This document shows, one piece after another, positions 16,383-24,656 of a DNA stretch of 24,656 nt. How positions within the stretch are numbered: position 1 is the stretch's first letter; every line of letters begins with the position of its first letter. The position numbers were made by a program, and so were the translations under genes. Origin of the DNA: a bacterium (GTDB taxonomy: Bacteria; Hinthialibacterota; Hinthialibacteria; Hinthialibacterales; Hinthialibacteraceae); NCBI GenBank assembly GCA_041946805.1, contig JBHGBC010000086.1, positions 1 to 24,656 on the forward strand. The letters run 5' to 3'. The notes below the pieces were generated by a model that worked only from the letters and a program-made list of their open reading frames with translations, searched no databases and was not told the DNA's origin.

Positions 16383-19300
16383 TCAGGTTTCCTGCTGTTC
16401 AGGAATCCATTTGCCCAATCCCAACGCGGCGAAGAACCGCTTGATGGCGGCCATGGCGTCCTCGAAGGCCGCGTACACGATGGGGATGATCACCAGGGTC
16501 AACACCGTGGAAGAGAGCATCCCGCCGATGACCGCCACTGCCATGGGGGCGCGGATTTCGGCGCCCTCGCCGAATCCTAGGGCCAGGGGCAGCAGGCCCA
16601 CCACGGTGGTCAGGGTAGTCATGAGGATCGGGCGCAGGCGGCGGCAGCCGGCGTGCACGATAGCCTCGTTCATATCCTGGCCCATGTCCCGCCGCAAGTA
16701 GTTGATGTAATCCACCAGCACGATGGCGTTGTTCACCACGATGCCAGCCAGCATGATGATGCCGATATAGCCCATCAGGTTGATGGTCTGGCCGGTCAGA
16801 TAGAAGGCCCAGATCACGCCGATGGCGCCCAGGGGCATGGTGAACATGATGACGAACGGATGCATGAGCGACTCGAACAGGGAAGCCATGACCATGTACA
16901 CCAGGATCAGGGCGAGGATCAAGGCGAATTTCAGGCGGTTGAATGAATCCTGGCGCCGTTCCTCCTCTCCTCCGAAGCGGATGTAGTAACCGGTGGGCAG
17001 TTGCATCTCGCCGATTTGCGCGCGGACGGAGGTGATGGCGTCGCTGAGTTTCTGATTTTCGCCCACGTCGGCCAGCACCCGGGCGATGCGTTCCTGTCCC
17101 CGGTGGATGATCTCGCGGGGGCCGGGTTTGATTTCCACCTGGACCAGGCTGCCGAGCGTGACCGCGCGGCCGGTGCCGGTGGGGATCAGGGTATCGAGCA
17201 ATTCGGGAAGGTTCATTTTTCCGTCTCCCAATTGCACGCGGACGTCCTTGGTCTGTTCCACGTCCTGCAGGCTGGTGGCCACCAGGCCGCGCAACTGGCT
17301 CTGCACCAGCGAGATGAGTTGCTGCTGATCCAGGTTGTATTCATTCATGAGGACCCGGTCCGGGATCAGGTGTACTTCCGGATTCCCTTCCAGGATGGTG
17401 GTGCGGACGTTGGCCACTTCGGGGATCAAATCCATCCGGCTTTTGACCTGTTGCGCCAGGTCGGCCAGCGTTTCCAGACTGCGTCCCCGGATTTCCACCA
17501 CGATGGCGGCCTTTTCGGAGCCGATGAGCGTGGCCAGCGAGGTCTGGGAAAGCAGGAAGGTGATATCCAATCCATTGATATCCTTGGCCCGGGGTTCGAG
17601 GTATTCGATGATCTGGGGCACGTTCATTTTCGCCCCCTTGCGCAAGGAGACCATCAGCTCGGCCGTATGGGACCCTTCCGGCTCCTCGTCCACCGCGCCG
17701 GTGTCTTCCGGCTTGGGGCCGATCCGGGTGAAGATATGTTCGATGTTCTCGCCCAAATCCTGGGAAAGCCACCCTTCGATGATCTTGGCCGCCCGCTCGG
17801 TTCCTTCCAGCCGCGTCCCGGCCGGCATGCGCAGTTTGACGATGAACTGGGATTCGGCGGCCTGGGGGATGAATTCCTGCTTCAAGTCATCCAGGATGGG
17901 ATAGCACGAACAGCACAGCAACACGACCACCACGCATACGAGAAGCCGGTGCCGCATCGTCCAGGCCAGGAAGCGGGGATAGAAGCCGGAGTATTCCTCC
18001 TCCACATCCATGACCTGCTTGAGATACCGCGAGCAGAGCGCGGGGATCATCATGAGCGCGACCACCAGCGAGGCCATCAGCGAGAAAACCACGGTCAGCG
18101 CCTGTTCCTTGAACAATTGCGCGGTCACGCCGCCCATGTAGGCGATGGGCAAAAAGACCACCACCGTGGTCAGCGTGGAGGAAGTGATGGCGGAAGCCAC
18201 CTCGCCCGTGCCGGTCATGGCGGCCTGATAGGGCGAATCGCCGATCTGCCGCCGCCGGAAGATGTTTTCCACGACGACGATGGCGTTGTCCACCAGCATC
18301 CCGCAGCCCAGGGCCAGGCCGCCCAGGGTCATGATGTTGAGGGACAGGCCCATGAAGTACATCAGGTTGAAGGTCGCCAGAATGGATACGGGGATGGAGA
18401 GCGAGACGATCAAGGTCGACCGGAAATTGCGCAAGAACAGCAACAGAATCAGGGCGGCCAGTCCGCTGCCCTGGATGGCGTTGCTCTTTACTTCGGAAAT
18501 GGCCTGGTTGATGAACAGCGACTGATCGTAGGCGATCACCGCCGTGACATCCTTGGGGATGAGGCTGGGTTCGGCGCCGGTGGACAACCATCCTTCCTGA
18601 TCGTTTTGGGGTTTGTTCTGCTGCTGGGATTGGGCGGTCAGAACCGCGAGTTCCTTGTCCTTGCCCAGGAATTCCCGCACCGTCCGCACCACTTCGACCG
18701 TGTTGCTGCCCGCTTCTTTGTAAAGAGAAATGCCCACGCCGGCCTGGCCATCCATGTGGACCGCGTCCACCGGCTCCTGAAATCCCCAGGTCACCTCGCC
18801 CAGGTCGGTCATGTAGATGGGGACGCCGGAGGAGTAGCCGACCACGGTGCGGACCACCTGGTCGAGGTTCTTGATTTCCCCCACGGCGCGGATCATGTAG
18901 CGCTGGTTGCCTTCCTCCACCCAGCCGCCCGAGGCGCTGACGTTGGCCTGATCGACGGCCTGAGAGACGTTGGCGAGAGTCAGGCCATAGAAATGGAGGA
19001 GCTCCGGGTCCAGCTGGCATTTCATCTCGGGGATCAGACCGCCTGTCACTTCCGCGCGGGCGACCCCGGAAAGGCGTTCCAGGGCGGGGCCGATGGTGCG
19101 GTAGGCCAGATAGCGGACTTCATCCAGGCCGCGGGTGCTGTATAAGCCCAGGGTCATGATGGGCAGGGCGTTGGGATCGTAGCGGAGGGTTTGGATCTCT
19201 TCGATTTCCTCGATGTTGCTGCCCTGGACGTTTTTCTTCACTTCCAGCAGGGCGAAATCCATGTCGGTGCCCCAGTTGAAGTCGATGATGATGGCGCCGG

Positions 19301-19658
19301 AATCGGCCCGGGACACGCTGGATACCTGGTCCACGCCCTTGATGGTGGTCAACCGTCCCTCGAGCGGTTCGACCACGATGCGCTCGATTTCCTGGGGCGC
19401 CAGCCCCGGGGCGTCAGCCTTCACGGTAATCCGGGGAGCGCGCAGATCGGGGAAGAGGTTGGTGGGCAATTTGTTGAGCGAAATCCACCCCAGCATGATC
19501 ACGCCGATGAAAAACATGCTGATGGTCACGGGATAGCGCACGGCGAAGGCGGCGGCGCCCATGCCCCGCTTGTTCACACCCTCTTGTTGAGTATCCACCG
19601 GTTGCAGTTCGTCTCCGGGTGAGGAATTCAAGGATAGAGTGTCTTTTTCACTCGTCAT
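16383..19658 (-). CDS. RND (AcrB/MdtB/SwrC-like) efflux permease
   Basis: FAVRYPVT, LFPDL, GMLVDNAIVVVENIFR, FESLMHPFVIMFTMP, GIVVNNAIVLVD, RLRPILMTT, GGMLSSTVLTL. The ORF-track start at 19781 overlaps the upstream gene, so ATG 19658 was chosen (alternatives 19703 and 19563). Confidence 0.93.
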   Translation of the reverse strand: MTSEKDTLSLNSSPGDELQPVDTQQEGVNKRGMGAAAFAVRYPVTISMFFIGVIMLGWISLNKLPTNLFPDLRAPRITVKADAPGLAPQEIERIVVEPLEGRLTTIKGVDQVSSVSRADSGAIIIDFNWGTDMDFALLEVKKNVQGSNIEEIEEIQTLRYDPNALPIMTLGLYSTRGLDEVRYLAYRTIGPALERLSGVARAEVTGGLIPEMKCQLDPELLHFYGLTLANVSQAVDQANVSASGGWVEEGNQRYMIRAVGEIKNLDQVVRTVVGYSSGVPIYMTDLGEVTWGFQEPVDAVHMDGQAGVGISLYKEAGSNTVEVVRTVREFLGKDKELAVLTAQSQQQNKPQNDQEGWLSTGAEPSLIPKDVTAVIAYDQSLFINQAISEVKSNAIQGSGLAALILLLFLRNFRSTLIVSLSIPVSILATFNLMYFMGLSLNIMTLGGLALGCGMLVDNAIVVVENIFRRRQIGDSPYQAAMTGTGEVASAITSSTLTTVVVFLPIAYMGGVTAQLFKEQALTVVFSLMASLVVALMMIPALCSRYLKQVMDVEEEYSGFYPRFLAWTMRHRLLVCVVVVLLCCSCYPILDDLKQEFIPQAAESQFIVKLRMPAGTRLEGTERAAKIIEGWLSQDLGENIEHIFTRIGPKPEDTGAVDEEPEGSHTAELMVSLRKGAKMNVPQIIEYLEPRAKDINGLDITFLLSQTSLATLIGSEKAAIVVEIRGRSLETLADLAQQVKSRMDLIPEVANVRTTILEGNPEVHLIPDRVLMNEYNLDQQQLISLVQSQLRGLVATSLQDVEQTKDVRVQLGDGKMNLPELLDTLIPTGTGRAVTLGSLVQVEIKPGPREIIHRGQERIARVLADVGENQKLSDAITSVRAQIGEMQLPTGYYIRFGGEEERRQDSFNRLKFALILALILVYMVMASLFESLMHPFVIMFTMPLGAIGVIWAFYLTGQTINLMGYIGIIMLAGIVVNNAIVLVDYINYLRRDMGQDMNEAIVHAGCRRLRPILMTTLTTVVGLLPLALGFGEGAEIRAPMAVAVIGGMLSSTVLTLVIIPIVYAAFEDAMAAIKRFFAALGLGKWIPEQQET

Positions 19659-19725
19659 GGTCGTGATCCACGTGTATTGCCCGAAGGGGAATCCAATCAG
19701 CATTCCGCCCCGGGCGGATTCCTTC

Positions 19726-20664
19726 CTAGGTGAACCATTCCGCGGTGCGCCGGAGGCGGCGGAACAGATAATCGAGCACAAAACCCACCAGTCCGAACAC
19801 GAAAAACCGGTTCATGAGCATGGGCATATAGGGAGATATCTTATTGAAAATCAAGGATATGGCGGAAAAAATGAGCATGGGCGCCGACAAGGCCGTATTC
19901 ATGGAAGCGGACCCCATCCCGTCCTGGCGGGGGGCCGGGGGAATGACCGGGAAGGTGGAATAAAAGATCTGGACCGGCCCCAGTTGTTGCAACCAAAAAA
20001 AGTGGATGCCGAATATCAACAGCGCCACGAGACCGGTGGCCATGCTATGGCGGGTGAAGGTGGAAATCAGCACCGTGACCGATCCCACCGCGAACGAGGA
20101 AGTCACCACAAGGGGGATGATCAACCAGCGCCCCTCGGTGTACGCGATGAACCGGCTGAAGAAGAATACCACGGCCGTGCACAGCGCCAACTGCCACAAA
20201 GTGATGGTGATCAGTTGGATCACAATCAATGAGCTCCGGCGGATGGGCTGGCTCCAGAGGATTTCCAGCGTATCTTCATCCCGTTCCCGCGGCAGCAGAC
20301 TCATGGCGGTCAGAATGGTCACCACACAGAAATATATATAGCAGTAATATAGCAAATCCCGCGGATTATCCGCCAGATTGCGGGAGATCACCCAGCCGAA
20401 AAAGGCGAAGGCCCCGATGAGCGAGAGAAACACCTCGATGTGGAGAATCCGCCGGGTGGTGTATAGAAACAACTTGAACCAATAGCTGGTTTCCCACCAT
20501 ATCCATTGGATTCCATTCTTTGCGAGCCATCCGGCGTTCTTCCCGGCTTGCCCCAAACGCCGGAACCAGCCCTCGCGGGTGGAGGGTCCATAGGGAAGGT
20601 CGTGTGTTCGTTCCAATCCATCCATCATGATTCCCACGGCCGAGCGGCCTTCTGTGTTGATCAA
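19726..20664 (-). CDS. ABC-2-type transporter permease
   Basis: About six hydrophobic segments and the coupling-helix motif LLPRERDEDTLEILWSQPIRR. Directly downstream of an ABC ATPase. The start may be ATG 20628. Confidence 0.82.
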   Translation of the reverse strand: MINTEGRSAVGIMMDGLERTHDLPYGPSTREGWFRRLGQAGKNAGWLAKNGIQWIWWETSYWFKLFLYTTRRILHIEVFLSLIGAFAFFGWVISRNLADNPRDLLYYCYIYFCVVTILTAMSLLPRERDEDTLEILWSQPIRRSSLIVIQLITITLWQLALCTAVVFFFSRFIAYTEGRWLIIPLVVTSSFAVGSVTVLISTFTRHSMATGLVALLIFGIHFFWLQQLGPVQIFYSTFPVIPPAPRQDGMGSASMNTALSAPMLIFSAISLIFNKISPYMPMLMNRFFVFGLVGFVLDYLFRRLRRTAEWFT

Positions 20665-20800
20665 ATCACCTCAATCCCGGCGCCTGTTTCACAAGCGCGC
20701 GGGTGGAAAGTAGCAGGCCCTCGCAGGGAGGAGGGTCCATGCCTGGCGGGCCTCACCCCGGCGTTCGCTTCCAGGGCGGATGGCAGAAATTCCGCCTCCC

Positions 20801-21679
<879 letters not shown>

Positions 21680-21943
21680 GCCGGAAAACTCCCCTCGCGG
21701 GAGGTTGTGCGCCGTTTCATGTTCCCTCGCCGTCCGGGCCGCCCCGCCTTCCAGGGGTTTCCCGCGGCGTGGCCGGGAAACAAGCCCTACGCCTTCTTTT
21801 CGAACCGTGGATTTCCCTGCACCCGTCTTCCGCGGAACGTCTCAGGAAATCCGCCGCGCGATTGCCCGGGAGGATTTCCACGCCCGGGCCCCTTCGCCGG
21901 TTTCCCGGATCACCGGGCATCCAGGAACGCCAAGTATTCAGGA

Positions 21944-23437
21944 TCACCGGGGGGGATTCGAGGATTGGACCGGTTTGGCGAGGCTTTCAAAATTCACATC
22001 CTCCCGGACGGTGATATTGACGTCCACTCCATTAGTCAGGGTTTCGTATCCCAACACCACCAGCAGGTCGCCCTCGCGCAATCCCTCGACGATTTCCACC
22101 TGTTCCCGGTTCTCGATCCCCAGAGTGATGACCCGCTCCTCCGCGATGTAGGGAATGTCCTGCAGGTTGGCGGAGTCAGACCGGTTTCCGGGCAGGATCG
22201 CCGGGCCGGTGGCTTCGGGCACGGCGTCCGAGGCCACGGCCACATTTTCGAGGCGCCCCGCCATGACCAGTTGTTTGTTCCCGCCGTCCGGGACGGGAGC
22301 ATCGATCCGCAGTTCGCTGGTGGCCCCGCGGATTTCATCCTGGGGTTTTTCTTTCACCACGTAGACCACCTGGCGGTTGTTGCGCAGCAGCACCAGTTCG
22401 CGGGGGATGCTGATGGCGTCGAGACGTTCTTCGGTGATGATTCGGGCCTTGGCGAACATGCCCGGCCGCAGTTCATGGTTCGGGTTGTCGAGCAGCACAT
22501 TGACGGTATATGTGCGCGTGTTGGCGTTGAGGGCCGTGGAAATGTCGGAGACGGTTCCCTTGTAGAGCGTCCCCGCGCGCGAGTAGATTTCCACCTCCAC
22601 GTCCTGTCCGACCTTCACCGCTTCCAGGTCTTTGGCGGGCACGTCGAGAGCCGCGTAAACCTTCTCGATATTGGCCACGCGGAACAGGATGGTCCCGCTG
22701 CCCACGGTTTGGCCGTTCAGCAAGGTCAGGTCGGTTTCGCCCCCCTGCTTCTGGGAGGTGGAAACGCTTTGCTTGGCCGGCAACAGCACGCCGTCAAAGG
22801 GCGCCAGGATCGGCACTTTTTCCAATTCCTGACGCATTTTTTGGAGGGCCATCTGGCGGGATTCGATATTACGGAGCGTATTTTGGTACTGGTTTTCCTG
22901 CTGGATGCGCTTCAAGACCGCCTGATCGTATTCATACTTGGAAATTGCGCCCCGCGCGTACATGGCCTTTTTGAATTCCTCATCCTTGTAGGCCTGCATC
23001 AGGGTGGCGCTGGCGGGGCGGACGCTTTCCGATGCCAGCCGCAGCTGCAAATCGCCCTCGTTGATGTTGAGGTTCAGCTCCCGGTCGTCCATCCGGGCCA
23101 AAACAGCATTTTTTTTGACCTCATCCCCTTCCAGCCAGCGTTGGGTGAAATAAATCCGGCCGGTCATCTCGGGTTTGATCTCGATTTCCTTGATGGGCAC
23201 CACGGTCCCCACGGCCTGCAAGTAGGCGTACATCCGGCCGCGGTTCACCTGCTGGACGGTTACAGGAATTTTGAACTTGAGTTTCTCCGGTTTTCCCCAT
23301 GTCCCGGCGTTTTCTCCCGGATTCCCGCTCTTGGCCGTGGCTCCCACACTCTGCGCCGTTTCCGTATTCCGGCCGCAACTCAACACCAGCGAAATTGCCA
23401 AGATTAACAACATGCCTGTCAATGCCGATTTCTTCAT
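21944..23437 (-). CDS. Efflux RND periplasmic adaptor (membrane fusion protein), probable lipoprotein
   Basis: Lipobox-like LVLSC. Lipoyl half-motifs EGDEVKKNAVLARMD and ILAPFDG flank a coiled coil. Also TRTYTV...DNPNHELRPGMFA and VEIVEGLREGDLLVV.G. Confidence 0.93.
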   Translation of the reverse strand: MKKSALTGMLLILAISLVLSCGRNTETAQSVGATAKSGNPGENAGTWGKPEKLKFKIPVTVQQVNRGRMYAYLQAVGTVVPIKEIEIKPEMTGRIYFTQRWLEGDEVKKNAVLARMDDRELNLNINEGDLQLRLASESVRPASATLMQAYKDEEFKKAMYARGAISKYEYDQAVLKRIQQENQYQNTLRNIESRQMALQKMRQELEKVPILAPFDGVLLPAKQSVSTSQKQGGETDLTLLNGQTVGSGTILFRVANIEKVYAALDVPAKDLEAVKVGQDVEVEIYSRAGTLYKGTVSDISTALNANTRTYTVNVLLDNPNHELRPGMFAKARIITEERLDAISIPRELVLLRNNRQVVYVVKEKPQDEIRGATSELRIDAPVPDGGNKQLVMAGRLENVAVASDAVPEATGPAILPGNRSDSANLQDIPYIAEERVITLGIENREQVEIVEGLREGDLLVVLGYETLTNGVDVNITVREDVNFESLAKPVQSSNPPR

Positions 23438-23587
23438 GGTTTATCGAACCCTAGCCGAGTCTACTCGAATGAATTTCCCCGGTTTCCCGCATGCGGACGC
23501 CCGCGCAAGATCCGGATCGTCCTCACCGCCGGGGAAACGGGCGCATCGGTTAACGTATCAACATTCCTCCCAGGGACAAACTTCCCC

Positions 23588-23593
23588 ATTATA
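23588..23593 (-). promoter_or_regulatory. Candidate sigma70 -10 hexamer (TATAAT) upstream of the transport cluster
   Basis: Perfect TATAAT in an AT-rich patch 150 bp upstream of the MFP start. No convincing -35 at 16-18 bp spacing. Confidence 0.35.
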
Positions 23594-23687
23594 CTAATAC
23601 GATTCATTCCCTCTGGCGGTTTAATCGCGAGTGCAAATGTCCGGTGAATCACTCTCTTGCTTGTCCGGTATTCTAGAGTGGTTCTTC

Positions 23688-24407
23688 TCAAATCCGCAGA
23701 CCGGCGATTTCCAGAAAGAAATTTTCGAAGATCCGCTCCGCGTTCCTGTTCATGACTTCCGGCCACGGCTGCTTGGCCTCCTCCAGGATCTTCCGGGCGG
23801 CGGCTTTTTCCCCGCCTTCGAGATCCGGCGCGTAGGCCTTCGCCCATTCCACCGCCGTGGCTTGCGTGATTTCGATATGAAACTGCAACCCGATCAGTAG
23901 GTCCTTATAACCAAATGCCTGGTTCCGGCATAACGGGGATTGGGCGAGATGGTGGGCGTCCGCGGGCATTTCGAACGTGTCTCCATGCCATTGAAACACC
24001 GGCAGGGGTGACTCGATTCCCGCAAACAGCCGGCTTTCCCGGCCGGCGGGCGTCAATTCCACATCCATGCGCCCGATCTCGCTCCTTTCGTTTTTCCGGA
24101 CCCGCGCTCCGAGGACCGCGGCGAGAAGTTGGCTGCCTAGGCAGATTCCCAAAACCGGAACTGCGTGTTCCACGCAGCGGGCCAGTAAGCGCTTTTCCTC
24201 CCGCAAAAAGGGATACCGGTCCTCCTCATCCACATTCATCGGCCCGCCGAGCGGCGCCACCGCGCTGAACTCCCGGGGATCGGCGGGTAATGGAACATCA
24301 GAATATATGTCTCGGATTTCAAAGGGAATGTTCCTTTTTTGAAGGAACAATTTCATGGTCCCTGGACCCTCTAAGGCTATATTTTTCAGGAATAAAACCG
24401 GTTTCAT
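23688..24407 (-). CDS. Class I glutamine amidotransferase-like protein (GATase1, stand-alone)
   Basis: LGGPMNV, nucleophile elbow VLGICLGSQL, FQWHGDTF, and GLQFHIE (Cys-His-Glu triad). Start set at MKPVLFLKN (24407); the ORF track extends to 24470. Confidence 0.92.
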   Translation of the reverse strand: MKPVLFLKNIALEGPGTMKLFLQKRNIPFEIRDIYSDVPLPADPREFSAVAPLGGPMNVDEEDRYPFLREEKRLLARCVEHAVPVLGICLGSQLLAAVLGARVRKNERSEIGRMDVELTPAGRESRLFAGIESPLPVFQWHGDTFEMPADAHHLAQSPLCRNQAFGYKDLLIGLQFHIEITQATAVEWAKAYAPDLEGGEKAAARKILEEAKQPWPEVMNRNAERIFENFFLEIAGLRI

Positions 24408-24600
24408 GGTATATATCCACCGTGTTTCGTGCCATCGGATAATGCTTACGGGATGGTATCTGTGTATCAAGCGTCATTCAACTACTCCTGTAACGGGAAA
24501 CTGATTTGCACACAGCCGTTTTCCGGGTGGTCCTCTCCGCGAAAATGGGAACCCGGCGCCGGATTCCAGAAGAGGGAATAATCCCTCGAAGGATTTCGGA

Positions 24601-24656
24601 TCATCCGGGAAGTGCGTACCTTATGAGGCAATACCGATTCCATCCACTCCGGGATG
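24601..24656 (-). repeat. 56-bp element, copy B (inverted copy of 3754-3808), running into the window end
   Basis: The reverse complement is CATCCCGGAGTGGATGGAATCG-GTATTGCCTCATAAG-GTACGCACTTCCCGGATGA. Confidence 0.85.

Noticed and set aside
19659..19781. N-terminal extension of the stand-alone RND given by the ORF track (start 19781)
   Set aside because: It overlaps the 3' end of the upstream permease and does not resemble an RND N-terminus. A downstream ATG is more plausible.
21717..21947. 76-aa minus-strand ORF overlapping the MFP stop (GTGA) as an eighth operon gene
   Set aside because: It has Arg/Gly/Pro-rich composition typical of non-coding GC-rich DNA, with no hydrophobic segment or motif.
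23688..24407. Calling the GATase gene guaA, or a member of the transport operon
   Set aside because: There is no ATP-pyrophosphatase (GMP synthase) domain. A 250-bp gap containing a candidate -10 box separates it from the MFP gene, so a functional link is unsupported.

Overview
GC-rich Gram-negative bacterial DNA; the taxon cannot be determined from this window. The left third (1-7.4 kb) holds four unrelated genes: a secreted Pro/Ala- and Gly/Met-rich protein, an M29 aminopeptidase, a divergent pyruvate:ferredoxin oxidoreductase alpha-like protein missing its catalytic motifs, and a Tat-exported sulfatase. It also has tRNA-Leu(TAA), a decayed RAYT (REP-associated HUH/Y1 transposase) and several families of REP-like palindromes. 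The right two thirds (7483-23437, minus strand) is a 7-gene envelope transport cluster: periplasmic adaptor (MFP), ABC ATPase, ABC-2-type permease, RND permease, ABC-permease fused to a zinc-less M1 peptidase-like domain, a second RND permease fused in-frame to a complete ABC ATPase, and a TolC-family channel. A class I glutamine amidotransferase-like gene lies upstream of the cluster. The best candidate for an undescribed system is this hybrid RND-ABC exporter (2 RND, 2 NBD, 2 ABC TMD, MFP, OMF, and a pseudo-peptidase). All family calls come from motif recognition by eye; no database search was run.
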